Below are positions 13,363 through 24,740 of a stretch of 64,000 bases of DNA, piece after piece. The stretch's first letter is position 1; each line of letters opens with the position of its first letter. The notes under the pieces are model-generated. The model had not been told where the DNA came from. It searched no databases and worked only from the letters and a program-made list of their open reading frames with translations. The DNA comes from Ranitomeya imitator (lineage: Eukaryota). The DNA lies in the NCBI RefSeq assembly GCF_032444005.1, contig NC_091285.1, positions 54,870,001 to 54,934,000 on the forward strand, read 5' to 3'. A program made the translations under genes and the position numbers.

Positions 13363-13973
13363 TGTCATGCTGGGTGAGGGAGCTAAGTGCACAACAACGG
13401 AAGAGGGTGAGGGAGCCCAAACACTAGGAAAGGAGGGGAGTGGAAACCCTTAGGCAGATCTGACAACACCCTGTCTGCCCTAAATGTCCCTAAATTGATT
13501 CCGCACCTTTTGCCGAACAGGAACCTAATACCTGAATGCCCCTCGCGATAGGCCCTGGATGGGGAGGGAACAGAGTGAGTGCTAGGCAGACCCCACTACC
13601 ACTAAAGACAATGAAGGATGACGAACGAGGGAATACACTTAGCTTGAGAGGACACAAGAGAGCTCATGTCAACAATCCTCATAAAAGCTCCAAGAAAAAA
13701 CTGGTCGACTTCTAGCACACACTTCCAACCAGACAGAGGAAAATAGAGCTAACATCAGCACCTAGCTGAAGGGACTTACGACATTTAAACATCCAACAAG
13801 GTTGTGTCAATAAGCAGCAGAAGGTGGAGGTCGCTGCTAGGTCCTAAAGAGAGGAAGATATCACTCCATAACAGGGATGCAAAAATCAAGAAGGTATTTT
13901 CAAAGCCAAGCGTAATAACCTTCTACAGTCAAATCCAAAATTACTGTCAGTTGCACCTGGCACACTCGTGACA
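13363..13973. mobile_element. Solo LTR-like element
   Basis: Starts TGTCATG and ends CGTGACA (inverted TG...CA termini), ~610 bp. No matching TSD seen. Confidence 0.5.
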
Positions 13974-14760
13974 TTATATTGACAAATAATACAGATAACA
14001 ATTATCACAATTATCATCTTATTACTCTGTTATTCAATTCTCATACGGACATAAACAGACAAAACACAAAATTCACTGGTGATGTGGATTCTTTGAACCG
14101 TGTTCACAGCCTTTTACCCAGAGGTATGGAGAGATCCAGAAGAGAGATTGCAAGTGCAAAACAGATTGTAAGAATAAAATTTCTCACCTTGCTGCAGCTG
14201 GTGTTTTGCATGTCCAATCTCCCAGGAAGCTCCCACATACGGATTCCGAATAGGCTGGTTACATGGCCCCACGTTGGGCGCCAAAACTGTCGTAGCTGTT
14301 TGCGTTTTGACCCAATGTCAGATGACAGATCACCAGTGAGGCCAAATCAGGAGGTTACACCCGACATTTTTCAAGTGCGCTTGGAGACAAAGGACACCTC
14401 ACACATATACTGTTAGCAAGTCACTTTTATCTGATGTAATGCAGCAAAAGGCAGTATTTTATACCATTTACAACAAATGTAACTCTTATGTAATTCATGT
14501 AGCCCCCACCATCACCCAGGGTCATACTGACCTTTATTCGTCACCACGTACCAAGAACATGTTGTGGCTGACTATTGAGAACATACAAGATAAGAAGTGT
14601 AGTCTCCTTGAAGCGGAGACCATCAGACTACTGCATAAACAGATTCTAGTAATTATAGCAATTAAAGGCAAAAGGCACTTAAAAGCAAACTATTAACCCT
14701 TCCATATCACCCCCCTTCTACAAGTGGCCTTCTGACACTCAGGACCTGGTTTCTCATCAT
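13974..14760 (-). mobile_element. ERV-like LTR (14288-14709) with tRNA-Lys PBS and leader
   Basis: Minus strand ...ACGACA-GTTT-TGGCGCCCAACGTGGGGC (PBS 14266-14283, the known Lys1,2 PBS sequence). LTR begins TGATATGG at 14709 right after the purine tract AGAAGGGGGG. Confidence 0.75.
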
Positions 14761-14789
14761 GAGAGGAATGGAACAAATGAACCAGCCTA

Positions 14790-15115
14790 GGGGCATTCAC
14801 CTCTGATGCTGAAACCTACATCCAACCTTCTGGACCTTAACCCCTACAGTGCACCAAGTACTGCAGGGAATGATGCTGAATATGAGAATAAACAATCTTT
14901 GAAATCTGGAACTCCAAATTAGCATCAACAATGATTGGGGGTGGTGGCAGGGGAGAGGACTCATGAGGTTCATCATACGTCTTGAGCAGAGACCTGTGGA
15001 ACACATTGTCAATTTTAAGGGCCAAAAAGCTGCAGGGTTAATGACGGCGGTTATTTTATAACCAATAAACCTAGATCCCAGTTTCCTGGAAGGGATCTTC
15101 AAGTAAGGCATAAAG
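14790..15115 (-). mobile_element. Gypsy/chromovirus pol C-terminal fragment (integrase GPY region plus chromodomain)
   Basis: KIPSRKLGSRFIG, IDNVFHRSLLK and LQYLVHCRG across frameshifted frames. Confidence 0.8.
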
Positions 15116-15119
15116 TCAG

Positions 15120-15592
15120 TTACTTCCTCGGTGTTCCGGTCACCGGCTACGCGCCACAGTAGGAAGTTGCCGTTCTCGGGGCACGACTCCTACTGGCTCT
15201 CCTTTGTGCTTGATCTCGTTTCTCACTTTCCACAATATCCTTCTCTTCTTGTCCTTTCTTAGGATACCGTTGCAAGGTAGTGCAGGTGCGGTTCCGTTGC
15301 TTTCTATTCGTTCTGCTAGGCCCCTGTCAGGAACCCACCCCTGACAGGTCCTCCCTGGACTCTCCCCAGGCTGCGTTCTGTTCTAACGTCCTATCTGACC
15401 CCTAGTTTTACCAGTGTGAGGAGTGGCCTAATACATAGTGCCTTTTGCTCCCCCTAGTGGCCAGAGTGTGAAGTGTAATGTGTGCTTGTGATACCTGGTC
15501 AGGTGAACTCCTTTAGTGCAATCAGACATAACATCACTCCCCTTAGTGGCAGAGCGACATTACTGCAACGACCAAGACTCTGGGGCGCTGCA
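15120..15592 (-). mobile_element. LTR fragment carrying two CTCF-consensus motifs
   Basis: Minus strand starts TGCAGCGCCCCAGAGTC at 15592. CTCF-like motifs at 15446-15464 and 15535-15567. Confidence 0.55.
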
Positions 15593-15596
15593 CTTT

Positions 15597-17528
15597 CACT
15601 TCACAGGTGTGCCCTGTCAGGTTTAATAAGTGGGATTTCTTGCCTTATAAATGGGGTTGGAATCATCAGTTGTGTTGTGCAGAAGTCTGGTGGATACACA
15701 GCTGATAGTCCTACTGAATAGACTGTTAGAATTTGCATTAAGGCAAGGAAAAAGCAGCTAAGTAAAGAAAAACGAGTGGCCATCATTACTTTAAGAAATG
15801 AAGGTCAGTCAGTCCAAAAAATTGGGAAAACTTTGAAAGTGCCCCCAAGTGCAGTGGCAAAAACCATCAAAGAAACTGGCTCACACGAGGACCGGCCCAA
15901 GACAGGAAGACCAAGAGTCACCTCTGCTTCTGAGGATAAGTTCATCCAAGTCACCAACCTTAGAAATGGCAGGTTAATAGCAGCTCAGATTAGAGACCAG
16001 GTCAATGCCACACAGAGTTCTAGCAGCAGACACATCTCTACAACAACTGTTAAGAGGAGACTTTGTGCATCAGGCCTTCATGGTAAAATAGCTGCTAGGA
16101 AATCACTGCTAAGGACAGACCACAAGCAGAAGAGACTTGTTTGGGCTAAAGAACTGTTATGACCTGGTGGTCAGGACAATAATGGACCTGGTGGTTAAGA
16201 GCACACGGAATGACCTGATAGTTACTGATAATAAGGACGAGCTCTGGGACGTGGGAACTCTGCTGACCGCAATCCCTAATCCTATCAAACACACTAGAAA
16301 TAGCCGTGGATTGCGCCTAACGCTCCCTATGCAACTCGGCACAGCCTAAGGAACTAGCTAGCCCTAAAGATAGAAAAATAAAGCCTACCTTGCCTCAGAG
16401 AAATTCCCCAAAGGAAAAGGCAGCCCCCCACATATAATGACTGTGAGTAAAGATGAAAATACAAACACAGAGATGAAATAGATTTAGCAAAGTGAGGCCC
16501 GACTTACTGAACAGACCGAGGATAGGAAAGGTTACTTTGCGGTCAGCACAAAAACCTACAAAAAGACCACGCAGAGGGCGCAAAAAGACCCTCCGCACCG
16601 ACTCACGGTGCGGAGGCGCTCCCTCTGCGTCCCAGAGCTTCCAGCAAGCAAGACAACAATAGAAATAGCAAGCTGGACAGAAAAATAGCAAACCAAAGAA
16701 ATACAAGCTGGAACTTAGCTTCTGCTGGGAAGACAGGTCACAAGAACGATCCAGGAGTGAACTAGACCAATACTGGAACATTGACAGGTGGCATGGAGCA
16801 AAGATCTAAGTGGAGTTAAATAGAGCAGCCCGCTAACGAATTAACCTCGTCACCTGTGGAAGGAAACTCAGAAACACCCACCAGAGGAAGTCCATGGACA
16901 GAACCAGCCGAAGTACCATTCATGACCACAGGAGGGAGCCCGACAACAGAATTCACAACAAAGAACACAAGGAATGGACATTAGACCAGTGGAAATCTGT
17001 GCTTTGGTCTGATGAGTCCAAATTTGAGATTTTTAGTTCCAACCACTGTGTCTTTGTGCAACGCAGAAAAGGTGAACAGATGGACTTTACATGCCTGGTT
17101 TCCACCGTGAAGCATGGAGGAGGAGGTGTGATGGTGTGGGAGTGCTTTGCTGTGACACTGTTGGAGATTTATTCAAAATTGAAGGCTTACTGAACCAGCA
17201 TGGCTACCACAGCATCTTGCAACGGCATGCTATTCCATCCGGTTTGCATTTAGTTGAACTATTATTTATTTTTCAACAGGACAATGACCCCAAACACACC
17301 TCCAGGCTGTGTAAGGGCTATTTGACCAAGAAGGAGAGCGATGGATTGCTACGCCAGAGAATCAAGAGAATGCCAAGAGTGTGCAAAGCAGTCATCAAAG
17401 CAAAAGTTGGCTACTTTGAAGACCCTAGAATATAAGACATATTTTCGGTTGTTTCACACTTTTTTGTTAAGTATATAATTCCACATGTGTTAATTCATAG
17501 TTTTGATGCCTTCAGTTTGAATTTACAA
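15597..17528 (+). mobile_element. Defective Tc1-family transposon split by a solo LTR
   Basis: Paired/HTH N-terminus (GRPRVTS...TVKRRL...RLVWAKE) resumes at 16961 as KEHKEWTLDQWKSVLWSDESKFE, then KHGGGGVMVW and FQQDNDPKH. The WPxxSPDLNPIE segment is deleted and both ends are truncated. Confidence 0.9.
16155..16960. mobile_element. Solo LTR (806 bp) inserted in the Tc1 transposase
   Basis: TGTTATGA...TCACAACA termini; AAGAAC duplicated at 16149-16154 and 16961-16966; removal restores WAKEHKEW. Confidence 0.88.
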
Positions 17529-17909
17529 TTCAATGCTCCCATTATGTTGTCTGTCTCTTAAGATTTAATAATTTAAATGTACTTTGTTTGTGGGACAACC
17601 CCTTTAAATTTGTTTTCATATTAGATGATAAGGAAATACATTTTCAATTGTACACATTTTTTTCAATAAAGATCAAAGTTGGCTGGTGACTTTGTCCAAG
17701 TTTTAAATTTTGTCCCCCTGTGTATTTGAGTTTGACATCACTGTGCTGTACCGATGCCTCTACCCTGTGCCATTCGTTGCACTGGTTGCCCATCCGCTAC
17801 AGAATTCAATATAAACTTATCACTCTCACCCACAATTGCTCCACAGTTTAGCAGCACTCTGCTTCTCCTTCCTCATCTCAGTCTACCACAAACTATCATG
17901 GTATATCCA

Positions 17910-20478
17910 AAATGAGTGGGAAAATGCGAGATTGAGGTAGAAGGGGAATAGGCTTGGTGTTCGACATGTACATGAGTTAGGTGGTAATGCTACTGAAAGC
18001 TCAATTGAACAAACGCCATCTCGTCCTATCCAAAGACAACAGAGAACATCTTTTACTGGATGGGCTACTCAACTCCCTTTCTTTGGTAGCCGCACAGCGG
18101 TATACCTTGTAGATGAGGGCCAGAAAGAGCATGTGCTCCAGTGGATGGCAAGTGTTGCATCAAGTGGCCTCTCCTCCTCTTCCTCCACCTTAACATCACA
18201 CACAGTTCAATCCTCAGAGGTGGCACTCCAATTACCCTTATTTCACCCTGCATCACAACTGTCCAAATGCCCAACTTACTGTGGTGTACCACAGATGAGC
18301 GAGTCTGCAGAGCTATTCGCAGATTCTATTTCATGGGCATCAGAGTTCTGCTCCAAAGATTCACAGAATCCAGAGGAGGAAAGAATCTGCACCAAAACAC
18401 TAAATTATTTCCTGTTGGATCCGGGGCCAGATGAAGAAGGGTTCAAGCAGAGTCCAGACCCTCATTACCTGACGAGGGGGTGGACATGATCCTGATGAGA
18501 CTCAGACACCTGAGGCGCACTCTGACTGTACTGCGCTGTCAAAGCAAGAAGAGGAGGAGGGTGACTGTCAGGGTGAGGAGTGAGAGAACAAAGAGGATGA
18601 TGAGATTGTAGATCGCACTTAGTATAAAACCAGAGGTGCACAGTTGAGTAGCTCTGCAGAGGAGATGGATGAAGATGAAGACTAGGATGTTACGTTGTTG
18701 CTTGCCATACAGACATGGAGTGATGCAAACATGACAAGCACTGCATCCTCAGCCACAAGTCTGGCTGCGGCCAGCAGCTATCCCGAATCTGCACCTCACA
18801 GGGGTGACAAGGGTTGCCTAGCCTAGGCCTTTTTTGAGACCACAAAAGGATGACAAAACTCACATTATCTGCCAACTTTGCAAACAGCAACACAGTAGAG
18901 GTGAAAATTGCAATAATTTGACTACTAGATGCATGAGCCAGCACATACTGTATGTTAGTCTGGGAATATCACTGTGCAAAAATGCGGACTAGCAGGCTTC
19001 ACCAACCACCAGCTGTCTCATCAACCTCATCCATCACCATGCTAAGTGTTCTTTCACAGTCACACAGAACCTCCACTTGTTTACCCCCTACAGTCAGGTG
19101 AGTGAGATCCCATCAGCTGTTATGGAATTGAAGATGATTGCTGTTTTCATTTCACCTAGCATACCACATCTTTCTCAAAGCACCATAACATCTCCGCCTG
19201 CACCTCACTCACGATCCAGCAGTTTGTCATGTTCACCCTACTTCACCCTCTCTTAGCACAGCAACCAGCCCTCGATCCTGGTCCTGGTCACATAAAAGAA
19301 TGTTTTTTTCCTACACATACCAAAGCTAAGAGCTTGAATTTCACCATCTCCAATCTGTTGGCAATGGAAATGCTGCCTTTCTACCTTTCCAAAAGCTGAT
19401 GGCCATCGCAACCTTTGTTGTGGCTTCTCTGCATGCTGTTTCTACTGCTGATGTTACAAGAAATTTATTGAAATGTGGAGACCCCAAGTTGTGTCTCCAT
19501 CTAGTGGATTGCCTGTAGTGGAAGGAGCGTCAGAGCACCATTATACTACTTCTACTCTGCAAAAATTAATGCCACTTTAGTGGTGTGTGGCAATAACTTT
19601 TTGATATGGGGACACTCCAAGTTGAATCTCCAACTGATGTGTTGCCTGTAGTGGAAGAGGTGTCAGAGGCCCATTGTACTATTTCTACTGAGGGGAAAGT
19701 ATCCTTCATGTGTGTTGCCTGCAGCACTAAGCATCCCAGATCAGCATGCCTGCACTTACTTTTAGTCAACTATCTGTGTTACCATCCTTAAATTTTTCTA
19801 ACATTTGTGGTCTACCAAGCTCATACTTGTGCCTCCTGAGTGTGACTGAGCAAAAAAACATGTTGAGATGTTGAATGAGGTATCAGGGATCCAAGCCCAG
19901 CAGGCTTACGTTGGTACGTCACAAACCTCATCTTTATTTAAGCTTAAATCCAAAGCTCTAAATGCAGGCCCAGACCCTGATACTTCATGCATGGTCCATG
20001 GCTGACTGCTGCTTTGCCATTATCAAATTTCTACTGTGGGTCAATTGATGACACTTTTCCTAGTGTCTGTCTCTAATAATTTTTGCAAATGTTTGGACTC
20101 CAAGTTGGCTCTCCTTTACGTATGTTGCTTAATTTGGCAGGGCTTTCAAAGCACCAGACCTACACCTGTCACTCATCCACCTGTTATTGATAAATGTTTA
20201 AGCTAGAAATGTTGGTCCAAGCCCTGTTGCAGGCCCTATTCCATGCATCCATGCTGTGCAATTATACTGTACTTACAGTAAATTTGTACTCTGGGTCAAT
20301 TGATGCCGCTTTTCCTGCTGTGTGCCCATATTTGAAGTAAATTTGCAGCTTTTTGGTACCCCAAAGGTGTTGTCTATACATTTGGTTTTGCATCTCATTG
20401 AATATTGAGATGTTCTTTGAACATTGGGATGTTCACTGAACCGAATCGAACCAAACCTTCAATAGTTTGCTCTTCTCT
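17910..20478 (+). mobile_element. Decayed hAT transposon (copy 2), internally deleted
   Basis: BED finger ICQLCKQQHSRGENCNNLTTRCMSQH (~18865-18945); LNFTISNLLAMEMLP (~19330-19380); right terminus gtttgctcttctcta at 20464-20478. Colinear with 4510-5560 and 8420-8995. Confidence 0.8.
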
Positions 20479-21055
20479 ACTCTCTGCAGATGTAGATTCA
20501 GGTATGTGTGGATTGTTTCTCAATCAAAGACTCAAACTATAAGTAAATCATCAAAAAAGCAAATACACTGGTAGACAGAAAGAAGACAAGATAGGCAAAG
20601 AGGGATGTAAAAGGTCTTACATTGTCTACATTAGCATGACCATTGAGTCCAGTGATTAGTTGCAGCAATGACATGCTCTTTAGCTGTGATATTACTTCTG
20701 CAGTCTGTCAATTAAGAAAGGAGCAGCACAGAGACATAATTCAACCTGTGGAGGGTAAGTAAAGCTGATTTTGTCATTTTTATCTAGCAAATACCACTGA
20801 GTAGAAACAAGCTTTGTAACAAAAAAAAAATCTATAATAATGACACAGTAGGTGAACCCTCAAGTTCACTGTACAATCCATAGCAGTACTGCCTAATTCT
20901 TTTCAAGACATATAATCATCTAGGACAGACCGAAATATAGAATTGGTTACATGAAGTTTCCATATAAAGAATAAATACAAATTACTTCTGCAAATAAATG
21001 TAGAATAATAGAATAATGTGCCAGCTATGTATCTAACATGAATTAGAAGGCCTAA

Positions 21056-21425
21056 GGGTATGTTTCCACGTGCAGGAAACGCTGCGTGTTTGACGCTGCG
21101 TTGAGTCGCAGCGTCAAGCACGCAGCGTCCTGATGTTACAGCACAGTGGAGGGGATTTTATGAAATCCCGTCTCCACTATGCAGCCCTGCGAATCCGGAC
21201 ATGCGGCACGTCTTTTTAGATCGCAGCATGTCCATTTACCTTGCGGCGACGCTGCGGCGCCGCAAGGTAAAACACAGGGCCCTATGCGTGGGGTGCGATG
21301 ATTCCGGATGTGTGCAATTAACACATCCGGCATCATGGGGTCCCCAGAAGGTGGCGAAGCTTTGGGCGGAGCGAGTTTTCCGCTCCGTCCAAAGCGCCGG
21401 CCATCCTGACCGTGGACATGTACCC
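21056..21425. mobile_element. Harbinger-type MITE
   Basis: TIRs (a)gggtatgtttccacg / cgtggacatgtaccc(t) with TAA/TTA flanks. The paralogous site at ~9575-9590 (gaaggccttaaagtt) is empty. Confidence 0.85.
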
Positions 21426-21601
21426 TTAAAGTTCTTAAAAAGATATATTTTCAACATTCATTCCTGTAAACCAAAAATGTAAAGTGCAAACTTCCATTCG
21501 GTAAGAAACATGATGCTATAGAAATTAAAATAAATACAGAACAGAAAATATTCTCTGTCAATACAACTATAAAACGCATATGAATAAGCCTTGAATCATA
21601 C

Positions 21602-24025
21602 CTGAACAATGTTTCCAGGATTCAGATAATTGCTGGACGGACCATTCCCAGCAGTAGTTTCCTCGGTGTCTATGAGATTCTCTGTGGGAACGTTCTGCAC
21701 TGGTTTCAGATAAGCGATTTCATTCTGCTTGGAGTCCAGAGTCACACACACATCATATGAGAATGGGAAAGGTAAACTGGTATCACTGATCTCAGAAGGA
21801 CATCCCAGGGTGAACTGAGGATACACGTTTCTACTGTATGCCCCATAATTTGTAGGAGTACTTGATTTTCTGCATTTTAAGACTATGGTAATTAATACAG
21901 TTGCAATGAACACAATTGATATAAGAGCGATGGAAACCACCAAGTAGAAAGTTGCATTAGAAGAAGTATTAGAAATATTAGGTTGTTTCTTAATCTCTGG
22001 AACGACTTGTTGAAAGTTTTCAGCCACAACTAATTGTATTGAAACTGTACATGACAAAGATGAGACCCCATTATCCTTCACCAGAACCACAATTTTTTGT
22101 CTTAAGGTGTCTGTGTCCTGAATGTTACGTCCAATTTTGATTTCACCAGTATATTGGCCAATGGTGAAATAAGAAGGATCTGGTACTTGCAATAAGTGAT
22201 AGGAGAGCCAGGCGTTGTGTCCAGAGTCAGCGTCCACTGCAATCACTTTGGTGACTAGATAACCTTTCTCAGCAGAGTGAGGAATAAACTCAAATAATGC
22301 TGATCCCTCAGTGTCTGGTGATGGGTAGAGGATCTTCGGAGCATTATCATTCTTATCAATGATACATATCCTCACTGTGACATTACTGCTTAGAGGAGGA
22401 GATCCACTGTCTTTAGCCATCACCTGGAACTGAAATTCCCGCAACTGTTCATAGTCGAATGATCTCTGAGCATAGAGAACTCCAGATATTGAGTTTATGG
22501 AAATATAAGATGTCACAGGAATATCGTCTACGTTGCTGTTTAGAATGCTGTAACTTATTTTCCCATTTTCATCACCATCAGGATCTGAGGCTCGGACATT
22601 GTGTATTGATGTGCCTGGTTGGTTGTTTTCTCCAATATACAGAATATATTTCATCTTCTCAAAAACTGGAGCATTGTCATTCACATCTGAGATATTGAGC
22701 TGAATGGTTTTGTTGGTGGACAGTGGTGGAGATCCGCCATCCATACATTGTATGGTGACATTGTAGGAAGGATATCTTTCTCGGTCCATGCTAGCTGCAG
22801 TTACCAGTTTATAGTAAGTACTAGAAGATGGAATTAGCTGAAAAGCCAAAGTGCCTGAGATGTGACAAGCAACTTCACTATTCATCCCAGAGTCCAAGTC
22901 CTGGACATTCAGTAATGATACGACAGTTCCTGGTGGTGAGTCCTCTGGAATTGATGGTGAGAGAGATGTGATAGTTATTTCTGGGGCATTGTCATTGACA
23001 TCTATCACTTGTATTGTCACCTTACAATGGGTTACGTGACTTCCACCATCTTTTGCTACTACAGTCATTTCATAGGAATCCAGTGTTTCATAATCCAAAT
23101 TTCCAATTACTTTGATGTCCCCATTTACTGAGTCTATAGTAAATAACTGACGAGCATTGTCAGAAATATGACTAAAGGAATAAGCTATTTCAGCATTGGA
23201 CCCTTCATCTTCATCAGTTGCATTTAGATGAATTACAAGAGACCCAATAGCTGCATCTTCATGTAATCTTACACGATATGTGTCCTGATTAAACATCGGC
23301 AGGTTGTCATTAAAATCTTGGACAATAATCCTGACTGTAGCAGTGCTTGATTTCTGTGGGTTACCTCCATCCAAGGTTGTTAATATTAACTCATAGTAAC
23401 TCTGTTTCTCTCTGTCCAGAGACTTTTCTAGAATAATTTCTGGATATTTAATTCCATCTGTTGTAATTTTTTCTCCAAGGCCAAAGTTTTCATTGTCGCT
23501 CAGTGTATAACTTTGTATGGAGTTGGTGCCTAAGTCTGGATCTTGTGCATTTCCTAAAGCAAAACGAGTCCCCGGAGAGGTGAGCTCACTGATTTCTACT
23601 TCAAAATATTTGTCTGCGAATATCGGTGAGTTATCATTCACATCCTGGATTTCTATGGTGATTGTGTAAAAAGTCAAAGGATTTTCTATTACAGCTTCCA
23701 GGTTTATAAAGCAGTTTGGTTTATTTCCACATAACGTTTCTCTATCAATTCTGTCTGATACAAATAAGTCTCCATTTTCCAAATTAACACTGAAATATTG
23801 TTTGCTTTTTGCTTTTGAAATTAGTTGAAATTTTCTATTCGCAAATTCATCCACATTTAATCCCAGATCTTTTGCCACGTTCCCAATTACAGATCCTTTC
23901 TTCATTTCTTCAAGTACTGAATATTGTAGCTGTCCATAGGTATCAGTGATAAAGAAGAAAATAAAGGAAAATACCTTATAAATCTGCTGCCATTGTTTTC
24001 TTCTGTTTTCTTCTGTATGATTCAT
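21602..24025 (-). CDS. pcdhg: Clustered protocadherin gamma-type variable exon (complete)
   Basis: MNHTEENRRKQWQQ start at 24025 chosen by homology with the paralogs (an in-frame upstream ATG exists at 24058). EC1-6, TM, VCD; CAG|GTATGA donor at 21602/21601. Confidence 0.96.
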
Positions 24026-24226
24026 TGTCAAAAGAATGTGATATAAAAGTTTTCTCAACTGTAATCCACAATAAGGGAATATTATTCCATGAAAAGGGAA
24101 TTCCAGACTGCAGTGTGTCCTCTGTAAAAATAGTTGTGCTTTCCTATATCCGGTACTGTGAAATTGTAATGATTTTAGTTGATTTTCTTTCTCTTGAAGG
24201 TGGAAAAAATTGATAAGCAGTCTTAT

Positions 24227-24259
24227 ACTGCCGCTTAGTGTTCAAAAATACTAACTGCT
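24227..24259 (-). promoter_or_regulatory. Pcdh promoter CSE, CTCF-like site
   Basis: Same motif as 1863-1895 (ACACTAAGCGGCAGT), ~200 bp upstream of the ATG. Confidence 0.75.
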
Positions 24260-24740
24260 ACTGTTCTGCAGTAAGATTTCGCTTTAGCTTTACATTCTTA
24301 ATTTAGTCATCATGATTTAGTGATGGTAAAATATATCAATATAATAAAAAAAATATATTAAAAAATAGATCATAAGTAGTGGATAATCTAGTTATAAATT
24401 TCCTTTAAATATCAATAAAATAAAGTATAAAGGCAATATGTAATAAACAGTTCTGTTTCAATACTTACATTTTTACAAAACATTTTTCTTTAATATCTAA
24501 ACATTTCACAATAAAGCAACAATAGAAAATCAGCCATTGCCAACTACATTGCTCTCTAGTTTAATGGTAACCTGATTATATATTTAAGTTGACATTTTTT
24601 GCAACTTCATAATACTTATGGTCAATATTTGCATTGACTTTTTTAAGTAACTAGTGAAAGGAGTTAATAAAAGAAGTTGATTAGTATTAGTTGAATATAC
24701 TGAATTGTACAGATAACCAATTGTTATAAATCTTTATAAA

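Noticed and set aside
24026-24058. Upstream in-frame ATG (MRKLLYHILLT) as the start of the third exon
   Set aside because: The paralogs lack an equivalent ATG and start at MNH/MTD, so 24025 is preferred.
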